Source: Candidatus Altiarchaeota archaeon (lineage in GTDB: Archaea > Altiarchaeota > Altiarchaeia > IMC4 > QMZM01). Taken from it: DNA of 44,982 bases. The stretch covers positions 1 through 44,982 of the forward strand of contig JAFGDV010000017.1 of the NCBI GenBank assembly GCA_016931955.1. Reading direction: 5' to 3'. A program made the translations under genes and the position numbers. Position 1 is the stretch's first letter. The number at the start of each line of letters is the position of its first letter. Shown here in pieces: positions 36,987-44,982 of this stretch. Under the pieces are notes generated by a model. That model was not told the DNA's origin. It saw nothing but the letters and a program-made list of their open reading frames with translations, and made no database searches.

Positions 36987-37505
36987 ATGGCGGTTAAAGT
37001 CTTCGCAAAACTGGGGGACATAACAAGGGAGAGGGCTGACGCTATCGTAAACCCGGCTAACTCCCTCGGCGTTATGGGCGGCGGCGTGGCGTGGGCTATC
37101 AAGAGTAAAGGAGGAACCGAGATTGAGAAGGAAGCCGTTGAGAAGGCCCCTACGCCGGTAGGCAAGGCCATTGCGACAACAGCTGGTAGATTGCCTGCCC
37201 GCTTTGTGATACATGCACCTACCATGAGTTCCCCAGCCCAGAGAATAGGCATAAAAAACATTGAGAAGGCGACGTATGCTGCTCTTGAGTGTGCCTCCAG
37301 GCTTGGGGTTAAGTCGATAGCCTTTCCTGGGATGGGTACTGGGGTGGGTGGTGTTTCGAAGAGGGATGCTGCGGAAGCCATGATAAGATCGGTTAAGGGG
37401 TTTATAAGCTCGGAGCTTTCTGGTCTTGATAGTATTTCATTGATAGCGTTCGACCGTGAGTTGTTGGAAGCGTTTGAGGTGAGCCTGAAGGATGCTGGAA
37501 TGTGA
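36987..37505 (+). CDS. Macro-domain (ADP-ribose-binding) protein
   Basis: GDIT, AIVNPANS..MGGGVA, VIHAPT, AFPGMGTGVG. Confidence 0.93.
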   Translation: MAVKVFAKLGDITRERADAIVNPANSLGVMGGGVAWAIKSKGGTEIEKEAVEKAPTPVGKAIATTAGRLPARFVIHAPTMSSPAQRIGIKNIEKATYAALECASRLGVKSIAFPGMGTGVGGVSKRDAAEAMIRSVKGFISSELSGLDSISLIAFDRELLEAFEVSLKDAGM

Positions 37506-38766
37506 GCCTGGTGATTGGGTCGAGATAGAAACCGAGGATGGGAAATACACAGGAATCTTAATGGAAAGACCAGAGTTAGCTGGTGATAAGCATATGGTAA
37601 TAAAACTGGAATCTGGGTACAACATAGGAATAAAGAAAGACAAAATCAAGAAGATACGGAAGATTAGCACAAGAATAAGGGAAGAATTCAAGCTAAAAAA
37701 ACACGAAAGGGATCCCTCAAAGAAGGACATCTCAATCCTGGCTACAGGCGGAACCATAGCAAGCAGAGTAGACTACATAACAGGCGGTGTGCATTCAGCG
37801 TTCTCAGCGGAGGAACTAATCTCAGCCGTACCGGAGCTGGGGGAAATAGCAAACGTACAAGGAAGGCAGATATTCAACAAATTCTCTGAAAACGTTGCCC
37901 CCACTGATTGGGTCACAATAGCGGAAGCCGTCTATGAGGAGATAAAGAAGAAAGCCTCTGGTGTGGTGATAACGCATGGAACGGACACCATGGGTTACAC
38001 CTCAGCAGCCGTGGCATTTATGCTCCAAACTTCAGTTCCTGTGGTTTTAACTGGCGCACAGAGAAGCTCTGATCGAGGAAGCAGCGACGCAGCCACGAAC
38101 CTCATACACTCAGCGATCGTTGCATCTTGCGGAAATTTCTCCGAGGTTGTGGTAGTAATGCACGCCGAAAGCTCAGACTCATACTCTTTTATACATCCGG
38201 CGACGAAGGTAAAGAAGCTGCATTCCAGTAGAAGAGACGCCTTTAAGACGGTGAACACGAAACCCCTCGGCAGGGTTTTCAGGGAGGGGGTAGAGTTCAT
38301 GCAGGAGGTTAAGAAAGACAAGGAACTAACATTAGACACTAAATTGGATGAACAGGTCTTTTTGCTTAAGTATTTCCCCGGGCTTAAGCCCTCAGTAATA
38401 GATTCTCTCGTAGATGGCGGCTATCATGGGATCGTGTTGGAGGGGACCGGCTTAGGGCATACCGCGGAGGGGCTTTTCGAAGGGATACGAGAAGCAATAA
38501 ACAGCGATGTAGTGGTTGCAATGACCTCTCAGACCATCTTTGGCAGGGTTAACATGAACGTCTACTCCACCGGGCGCATCCTGTTGGATACTGGAGTAAT
38601 ACCCTGCGAGGACATGCTTTCGGAGACGGCCTATGTGAAACTCATGTGGGTCCTAGGGCACACAAGAAAGCCAGACAAGGTAAGGGAGATGATGCTAACA
38701 AACTATGCGAGAGAAGTCAGTGAGAGAAGCATTTTCACTCACAAGAACTCAAGGAAAAACCAGTAA
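37492..38766 (+). CDS. gatD: Glu-tRNA(Gln) amidotransferase subunit D
   Basis: KLESGYNIG N-domain, TGGTIASRVDY, HGTDTM, GAQRSSDRGSSD, HSSRRDAF. Confidence 0.95.
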   Translation: MLECEPGDWVEIETEDGKYTGILMERPELAGDKHMVIKLESGYNIGIKKDKIKKIRKISTRIREEFKLKKHERDPSKKDISILATGGTIASRVDYITGGVHSAFSAEELISAVPELGEIANVQGRQIFNKFSENVAPTDWVTIAEAVYEEIKKKASGVVITHGTDTMGYTSAAVAFMLQTSVPVVLTGAQRSSDRGSSDAATNLIHSAIVASCGNFSEVVVVMHAESSDSYSFIHPATKVKKLHSSRRDAFKTVNTKPLGRVFREGVEFMQEVKKDKELTLDTKLDEQVFLLKYFPGLKPSVIDSLVDGGYHGIVLEGTGLGHTAEGLFEGIREAINSDVVVAMTSQTIFGRVNMNVYSTGRILLDTGVIPCEDMLSETAYVKLMWVLGHTRKPDKVREMMLTNYAREVSERSIFTHKNSRKNQ

Positions 38767-39980
38767 ACAACGAAGTTTATAAGAGTCAGAGGCAGTCCGA
38801 CCCGGGAGAACTCTGTAAAGGAGATGGTTTCGCCCGCTTTTTTTTCCGCATTCTGTATCACTATAACGTTGCTAGCAGCTCCTAGGATTGTTAGGTTTCC
38901 TGCGATGGTGCTTCCAGCAGCCAATGCTATCAATCCCGTCTTCGACACACTGGAGTGGAGCAGCAGCGGCAGATACAGCATAACAAGTGGAACATTTGAT
39001 ATCAGTTGGCTGAGGAGGGCGCTTATCAATAAAATAGCTTCATTCGAAGTCGGATCGAAGCCCGCGCCCTCAATGAATCCCTGGAAGAAGTTCGAATCCC
39101 AGACACTCTCCATGAGCACGAACATTGCCGCAAAAAAGATCAGCGTATGCCAGTCGATTTTCTTAGCTATCTCAAACCTTTTAGTGCTTAACGCAAGCAC
39201 CGGCAAGGCAGCAATGAGGGCGATGTACGTAAGTTTTAGATCGACGTTAACCTCAAGGAAGACCGCAGCCACCTTAACCACCACCAATAGGATGATCAGG
39301 ATAAGAGAGAACCGGCAAATAGCGGCAAGTCCAGGGTCTATGATCGGTTCCCTGTAGTGATTCAGAGGATTGTCGTGGAAGTGCTCACGGTAGAAGAACT
39401 TCAACACAAAATAAGCCAAGAATAGATTTATTATCGTTGGAATCAGCAGAAAAAAGAAGAAGTCGACGAATGGATTCTCCATACCCCCATTGATGGCTAT
39501 CAGAAGGTTCTGGGGGTTACCTATAGGGCTCATGACGCTGCCAATAGTCACGGCAAAGCAAAGGGAAAGCAGCAGAATCTTGGGGGGCATGTTATGCTTC
39601 TTCGCGAGCAGAAGGACAACTGGCGTGCCTATTATGGCTAAGGTGTCATTCATCAATAACGCTGAGGAGATGCCAACCACGAAGAGGATGGAGAGCACAA
39701 GGGTGTCAACTGATTTCGCTCGCCTAAAAAACCTATAGGAGATGTGTGAGAGGTAGCCGCTTTCCTCGAGGGCCTGACCTACAACAAACATACAGAAAAG
39801 AAACACCATGACATCGGGGTTTATTGAATTCAGGGCATCTGCGGGCGTTATCTGTCTCGTAAACAATACCGCGAGAGCCCCGAAGAGCATTATCTGCCAT
39901 ATACGGAGATTGATGCCGCCTGTCCTCCTTACAGCGATCAGAAGGAGAACCACGATGAGGATCAATACAGGGATTTCCAC
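38739..39980 (-). CDS. ArsB/NhaD/SLC13-type anion permease
   Basis: SALLMNDT, IGSVMSPIGNPQNL, SQLISNVP, STIAGNLTILGAASN. Confidence 0.9.
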   Translation of the reverse strand: MEIPVLILIVVLLLIAVRRTGGINLRIWQIMLFGALAVLFTRQITPADALNSINPDVMVFLFCMFVVGQALEESGYLSHISYRFFRRAKSVDTLVLSILFVVGISSALLMNDTLAIIGTPVVLLLAKKHNMPPKILLLSLCFAVTIGSVMSPIGNPQNLLIAINGGMENPFVDFFFFLLIPTIINLFLAYFVLKFFYREHFHDNPLNHYREPIIDPGLAAICRFSLILIILLVVVKVAAVFLEVNVDLKLTYIALIAALPVLALSTKRFEIAKKIDWHTLIFFAAMFVLMESVWDSNFFQGFIEGAGFDPTSNEAILLISALLSQLISNVPLVMLYLPLLLHSSVSKTGLIALAAGSTIAGNLTILGAASNVIVIQNAEKKAGETISFTEFSRVGLPLTLINFVVYWFFLEFL

Positions 39981-39998
39981 GTCAGCTTTCCAGGAGGA

Positions 39999-40631
39999 TT
40001 ATTCTTCTTTCCGGTATTCGAGATAGGAGTAGACTACGGTGTAGGCTGTAACCAGCAGCACTGGAGCGAGGATGAAGTACATTGCATAGTCCGGTAGAAG
40101 AACTCCAGCAAGCGCTATCAATCCAGCGGCTTTGAACAGTTTTCCGCCTATTCGGTGGGTTTTCTCCCACACGCGGTCGCTGCTCAGCGTCCAAGGCGTC
40201 CTGATCCCGATGAACCAGTTCCTCTTAGCGTTCTCTATCAGGATGCCGCAGTAATAGAATAACCCGGCTAAGGCGGGGGACAGCACAAGGTTCATATTCA
40301 GCCTGGTTCCGAGATTCCATAGGAGGATTATCACGTGTATGTAGAAAAGGAACAAAACAATTAATACGACGAAAATGTCATAGTATTTCCTGAATTCTTG
40401 GATGTTCTTCTTTAGGGGATCGATTTTTGGGATTAGAATGAACAGCACAAGCAATCCCGCCAATATTACTGGTATGAGGAAGATACTCCATACCTTGGGC
40501 ATGTAGCCGTCGACCTCCCACCTAGCGTTCCAGTGAGACGCCATCCTGTCCGGCATCTGAGGGTAAAGCCAGACACCTAAGGCAAAAGCCAATACGATCA
40601 ATCCCAAGGCCATGTATTCGCTTCGTCTCAT
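39999..40631 (-). CDS. SdpI-family membrane (immunity-like) protein
   Basis: SHWN..VDGY, IPKIDP, NWFIGIRTPWTLSSDRVWEKTHR. Confidence 0.9.
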   Translation of the reverse strand: MRRSEYMALGLIVLAFALGVWLYPQMPDRMASHWNARWEVDGYMPKVWSIFLIPVILAGLLVLFILIPKIDPLKKNIQEFRKYYDIFVVLIVLFLFYIHVIILLWNLGTRLNMNLVLSPALAGLFYYCGILIENAKRNWFIGIRTPWTLSSDRVWEKTHRIGGKLFKAAGLIALAGVLLPDYAMYFILAPVLLVTAYTVVYSYLEYRKEE

Positions 40632-40644
40632 TGCAGTTCCACTT

Positions 40645-42654
40645 TTAATAAGCAGTTGGTTTCTTATCCACTAAGGTCATCTGTGCCTTGTCCTTCAAAT
40701 GCTCTTCCTCTAAGCGCACCCTCAGCCTATGCTCTGCGGACTTCAGGATGGATGCGAGCATCTCGGAGTATTTCATGCCAATGGCCTTCGCCATCTTAGC
40801 CAGATGCCCGTCCCAGCACCATCCGGGGTTGGGGTTGACCTCAAGCAGCTTCGGCTTCCCATCAGAATTCAGTCGCCAATCGAACCTGCAGTAGTCCCTA
40901 CACTCAAGCCGCTCGAACAATTTCAGGCAGCATTCGACCACGAACTTCTCCGTATCCTCCGGGAGGTTGGCTGGGATGGATTTTATTTTCCAGTAAGGCG
41001 AGTCCGGAAGCCACTTGGCCTCGTATCCACATATCTTCGGCAGATCAGAGGGCAGCTCTGAGTAGTCTTCTTCCGTGATCGGCAGAACCGTGTAGGATTC
41101 GGGTGGATTTCCTATGATGCCGACGCTGATGTCGTTCCCTGTCAGAAATTCCTCGATGATGAATGGTTTGTCGTAGCCGAATTTTTCCCTGATGTTGGAG
41201 ATGGCGTTGACGAGTTCTTCACTGTTGCTGGCTATGCTCTTCTGGGTTATCCCGAAGCTCGAGTCGCCGAAGTTCGGTTTAATTATTACCGGAAAGCTGA
41301 AGGGCAGCTCAAATGTGCTGTCCTCAGGCTTGATGAATAAGCCCTTGGGCACTGGGATACCCATCTCCTCAGCGATTCCGCGGACGAGGGATTTGTCGTA
41401 GCAGAAGGCGAGACACTGCGGCCCAGAGCCCGTATATGGGATGTTGAGCATCTCAAGCAATGCTGGAACGTGAAGCTCTTTTCTGGCGTCGTTGTTGTAT
41501 CCCTCATCGCAGAGGTTGAAGATGAAGTCTATCCTACCCTTTATCTTCATCATGTCATGTATCAGTGAGTCGTGGTTGTTCAGATAGACGAACTTGTAGT
41601 TCTTGTTTTCCCTCAACGCAGCCTTCAGTTGGTCGATTGTATAAAAGTCGTCTTCGTCGAATACGCAGCAAGGTTTTAGTGGATCTGGCTTGCTGTAGTC
41701 ACCCAAGACCACGGCAACATTCCTGACAGCCGCCTTCGGTTTTCCTCTAACAGGAGACCACTGCTTTTTCACCACAGCGGTCACAATAAGCCTGCGCTCC
41801 ATCATTCCAAGATCCTGGGCCCTCTGTGATTCAGTCGCTATCCCCCCATTGAACTCTACGTTACTGAAGCCCGCGGTCTTCAGGAACCTATTCAGGTCTT
41901 CCTTGTTGTAGAGGCGTTCAGCGTAGAACTGGTCTGCGATGACCCCCTTGTTTACGTGGGATATGACCTCTCTTGAGATTAAACGTTCTCCGTCTACGGA
42001 GAGGGAGCGCTCCCGGCAGACGAAGTATTTCTTGTCTATCCACTCCCAGGAGCGGGGCTGAAAGTTCTGCTTCATGTGTTCGCCGTCTGCTACATCAATA
42101 AGGAGCCTGCCCCACGGCTTCAGGACCCTGAAGATCTCCCTCAGAACCTTCAGGTCGTCTTGGGAGTTTTCGAAGTATCCGAAGCTGTTCCCGAGAATCA
42201 TCACGACGTCGAACGTATCAGCTGGGTAGGGGATCTTTCTTGCATCGCCTTCCTTGAATTTCACTGGTAGGACGTCGCGTTTTGCGTCAGCCTTTGCCTT
42301 CTGTATCAGGTAATGTGATCTGTCCAGTCCTTCAACGTTCTCGAATCCGCGCCTCGCGATTTCGAGGGAATGTCTTCCTTGGCCGCAGGCGAGGTCTAGG
42401 ATCCTGCTCTTTGGTGAAGGCTTAAGGATGTCGAGAAACATGTCAATCTCTCTGCTGGTTATGTTCTGGTCGTCAACTACATCCGAGTCCGTTTTCAGGT
42501 ACATTGAGTTGAAGATGTAACGCCACCAGTCTGAACGGACGTGTTCTTCGAGATTTAGTACCGGCCCCAGAACCCCCCTCTGGTGTTTGCCGTTTCCCTT
42601 GCTTTGACGGCCTTTCTCCTTTGTTGAATCCCGCTTCACTTCTAAACAACCCAT
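40645..42654 (-). CDS. Fusion of class I SAM methyltransferase and D-Ala-D-Ala-ligase-like ATP-grasp domain
   Basis: ILDLACGQGRH, GLDRS, GNSFGYF; then FNLCDEG, IPYTGS, DKS, IIKP..SSFGI, EEFL.G, RFDWR, LEVNPNPG; start uncertain. Confidence 0.88.
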   Translation of the reverse strand: MGCLEVKRDSTKEKGRQSKGNGKHQRGVLGPVLNLEEHVRSDWWRYIFNSMYLKTDSDVVDDQNITSREIDMFLDILKPSPKSRILDLACGQGRHSLEIARRGFENVEGLDRSHYLIQKAKADAKRDVLPVKFKEGDARKIPYPADTFDVVMILGNSFGYFENSQDDLKVLREIFRVLKPWGRLLIDVADGEHMKQNFQPRSWEWIDKKYFVCRERSLSVDGERLISREVISHVNKGVIADQFYAERLYNKEDLNRFLKTAGFSNVEFNGGIATESQRAQDLGMMERRLIVTAVVKKQWSPVRGKPKAAVRNVAVVLGDYSKPDPLKPCCVFDEDDFYTIDQLKAALRENKNYKFVYLNNHDSLIHDMMKIKGRIDFIFNLCDEGYNNDARKELHVPALLEMLNIPYTGSGPQCLAFCYDKSLVRGIAEEMGIPVPKGLFIKPEDSTFELPFSFPVIIKPNFGDSSFGITQKSIASNSEELVNAISNIREKFGYDKPFIIEEFLTGNDISVGIIGNPPESYTVLPITEEDYSELPSDLPKICGYEAKWLPDSPYWKIKSIPANLPEDTEKFVVECCLKLFERLECRDYCRFDWRLNSDGKPKLLEVNPNPGWCWDGHLAKMAKAIGMKYSEMLASILKSAEHRLRVRLEEEHLKDKAQMTLVDKKPTAY

Positions 42655-42793
42655 GTGTGAGTTTACCTTCCGCCCCCGGGCAATAAATTTTATAGGTTGA
42701 CTCAAAAATGGTTATATATGTTTTTTTGCAAACTCTAATAAATATTTGTTATTATGGTTATATAAGTTTTTAAGTCGAACTTTTTTGGTGAGA

Positions 42794-44095
42794 ATGTTTA
42801 TCGGAGTAGACGACACTGACTCGTTGAAGGGTGGCTGCACCACCTACTTGGCTGCTTTGCTTTGTGATAGCTTAGGGGTTACTGGTTATCCTAAACTTAT
42901 CCGTTTAAACCCTAACATACCCTATAGAACACGCGGTAACGGTGCAATAGCATTCCAAGTTGAAGGTGATGCTGGGAAGATAGAAAAGACGACACTTGAT
43001 CTGGTGAAGAAACACGCTCAACTGGGGGATGATAACACTAACCCTGGGGTAGTGTTCATCCATGAATTAACCCCAGAGCAGAGGAAGAGGCTTGAAGGAT
43101 TCTACCTGAAGACTGTATCGGAGCTGGTCACCTTAGAGGAAGCTGAAAGTGTTGCAGCCGAAGTCAACGCAGAAGTCCATAGGTTCAAGAACGGCCGTGG
43201 CGTCATCGGTGCGCTGGCGGCGGTAGGTTCAAAATTACCCGACAAAACATATGAGCTTATAGCTTACAGGGTGAAGAGGAACTATGGGAAAGAAAAGAGC
43301 GTAGATGAGGAGTCAGTTTACAAGATGGACAGAGAAACATACCCTGAAACCTTCGATAATATAGATCCTGATAAGAAACAGATCCTTATCTCACCTCACG
43401 GATATGATCCAGTGCTATGCGGCATACGCGGCGATTCCGTCGAGGTTGTCCGCCGCGCCTGGAAGCTGCTGAAGGTTTCCGAGGAGGTTGAACGCATCCA
43501 GGTGTTTGAGACCAATCAGGGAACAGATGCGCACTTGAGGGATAGGCGGATATCTGAACTGAAGCCTTACGATTGCGTGATTATCGAGGGCGAGGTGATC
43601 ATATCACCTCAAGACATCGAGGGCGGGCATGTGTTGTTCGGTTTATCTGATGGCTCTGGGAAGATTGCTTGCGCCGCCTATGAACCAACCGGTGACTTCA
43701 GAAAAGTTGTAAGGAAGCTGGCGGAGGGGGACAGGATTCGGGTTTTTGGCGGCATAGGTAAGCATCCGAACACATTGAACCTGGAAAAGCTGCAGGTTTT
43801 GGAGTTAGCCAGGTTGTGTGAGAGGATCCCTCCAGAGTGCTGCGGCAGGAGGATGACCTCGGCTGGAGCAGGTAAGGGTTTTAAGTGCAGGAAGTGCGGC
43901 AAAAAGGCTGGGATGGATGCGGTCGTCTTGAGGGAGGTGGGGAGAGACCTTGGTCCTGGGTTATATGAGGTTCCTCCGAGGGCTAGAAGGCATCTTAGTA
44001 AGCCACTTGTCAGGTTCAGGCAGCCTAAGGGCAGATTTAATTCCCTGAAATCCAAGTTATTTAAGGTGATGAGAAGAGGGTCATCTGAGCCTTAG
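42794..44095 (+). CDS. tiaS: tRNA(Ile2) 2-agmatinylcytidine synthetase
   Basis: IGVDDTDS..GCTT, LIRLNPNIPYRTRGNGA, TNQGTD, YEPTG, RRHLSKPL; GGTGA SD before ATG 42794. Confidence 0.95.
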   Translation: MFIGVDDTDSLKGGCTTYLAALLCDSLGVTGYPKLIRLNPNIPYRTRGNGAIAFQVEGDAGKIEKTTLDLVKKHAQLGDDNTNPGVVFIHELTPEQRKRLEGFYLKTVSELVTLEEAESVAAEVNAEVHRFKNGRGVIGALAAVGSKLPDKTYELIAYRVKRNYGKEKSVDEESVYKMDRETYPETFDNIDPDKKQILISPHGYDPVLCGIRGDSVEVVRRAWKLLKVSEEVERIQVFETNQGTDAHLRDRRISELKPYDCVIIEGEVIISPQDIEGGHVLFGLSDGSGKIACAAYEPTGDFRKVVRKLAEGDRIRVFGGIGKHPNTLNLEKLQVLELARLCERIPPECCGRRMTSAGAGKGFKCRKCGKKAGMDAVVLREVGRDLGPGLYEVPPRARRHLSKPLVRFRQPKGRFNSLKSKLFKVMRRGSSEP

Positions 44096-44148
44096 GCTGT
44101 GATGAGACTTATGAGCGCTGAATTTAGTGTTATGTGTTAAGTCGTTGT

Positions 44149-44167
44149 ATGGGGCCGCAGGCCCCAT
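44149..44167. repeat. Perfect hairpin with GCA triloop between convergent genes
   Basis: ATGGGGCC-GCA-GGCCCCAT. Confidence 0.6.
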
Positions 44168-44182
44168 GAACTCGTTCTGGTC

Positions 44183-44842
44183 TTAGTCTCCGAGGCGGCT
44201 TGTTATGAGCATCATAATAAGGAAGCTTACTAGTTTTATCCCGTCTCTTATGCTGAAGTAGCTCTTATTGGCTTTGTAGTTAATCGATACTGGGGTCTCC
44301 GTTATCCTGCAACCGGTTTTCTTTAACTTGATCAGCATCTCGGTTTCTGTTCGGAAGTCGTCTCCAATCAATTCTATACTCTTTATGGAGTCTCTGGTTA
44401 CTGCCCGGAAACCTACCAAGGGGTCTCTGAATTTTTTGTCTGTAATCAACCACATAGCGAACCTGGTTAGTTCGTTTGTTATGCGCCTCTTTAGGGGGAT
44501 GAGGTTGAAATCCCTGACTCCCAGAACGAGGTCTGCCTTGTTTTCCTGTATTGGCGTGATGAGCTTCTGGATTTCTGAGGAATTGAATTGACCGTCTCCG
44601 TCTAGGAAGACGAGGACTTCGCCGGTGGAGTTTTTTATCCCTGTTTTTATGGCGGCTCCTTTGCCGCTCTTCTTTGGGTGGGTTATCACCTTAACCTGTG
44701 GGAATTTCTCAGCAGCCTGTTTTGTCTTATCTGTTGAGCCGTCGTCTACCACTATTGTTTCATATGCTCTGGGTATCGATTTTAGGACGGAGCCGATGAA
44801 TTTTTCTTCATTGTATGCGGGGATTATGATGGATACTTGCAC
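44183..44842 (-). CDS. GT2 glycosyltransferase (DPM1-like)
   Basis: SIIIPAYNEE, VVDDGSTD, GKG.A, DGDGQ. Confidence 0.93.
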   Translation of the reverse strand: MQVSIIIPAYNEEKFIGSVLKSIPRAYETIVVDDGSTDKTKQAAEKFPQVKVITHPKKSGKGAAIKTGIKNSTGEVLVFLDGDGQFNSSEIQKLITPIQENKADLVLGVRDFNLIPLKRRITNELTRFAMWLITDKKFRDPLVGFRAVTRDSIKSIELIGDDFRTETEMLIKLKKTGCRITETPVSINYKANKSYFSIRDGIKLVSFLIMMLITSRLGD

Positions 44843-44878
44843 GTAAGTATTTTGTTGCGGCCTAAATAAATAGTTTTC

Positions 44879-44893
44879 ATGTAGTGCCTAACT
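44879..44893 (-). repeat. Dispersed 15-bp repeat, copy 6
   Basis: ATGTAGTGCCTAACT exact; adjacent to a palindrome cluster 44895-44982. Confidence 0.9.
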
Positions 44894-44982
44894 TCTTTCT
44901 TTGGGAAAGAAAAGCGTTGGCGGAAAAGAAAGAAGAATTCCCGCAGGGAATTCCTTTGGGATGATAGCCCTTTTTGAAAGGG

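Noticed and set aside
36942-37381. Long minus-strand ORF extensions overlapping the macro-domain gene
   Set aside because: Antisense shadows; only the 51-aa Zn-ribbon part (36786-36941) is supported

Overview
Compact archaeal chromosomal segment (tiaS, gatD, nreA, archaeal dnaG, GGTGA Shine-Dalgarno sites, TATA promoters). An anaerobic euryarchaeal/DPANN-associated lineage such as Altiarchaeota is plausible but cannot be proven here. The first ~13.4 kb is an accessory regulatory island. It starts at an IS200/IS605-type end and carries six full-length single-NRD NrpR-family regulators (five in tandem) plus an internally deleted seventh copy. These are interleaved with a solute-binding protein, a Na+/solute symporter, an EamA transporter and a PIN/UPF0175 toxin-antitoxin pair, with candidate GGAA-N6-TTCC operators and two further multi-domain regulators. 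The remainder is mostly housekeeping: ion transporters, KaiC-like ATPase, NreA, a type IV TA pair, class III RNR with thioredoxin, DnaG, SerB, SSB, NAD genes, PyrE, TsaC, GatD and TiaS. Oddities there are a PheRS beta gene that stops after B3/4, a protease-less LonB ATPase, a methyltransferase-ATP-grasp fusion and a dispersed intergenic 15-bp repeat (6 copies). No rRNA, tRNA or CRISPR array was seen. All calls come from reading motifs by eye; no searches were run.
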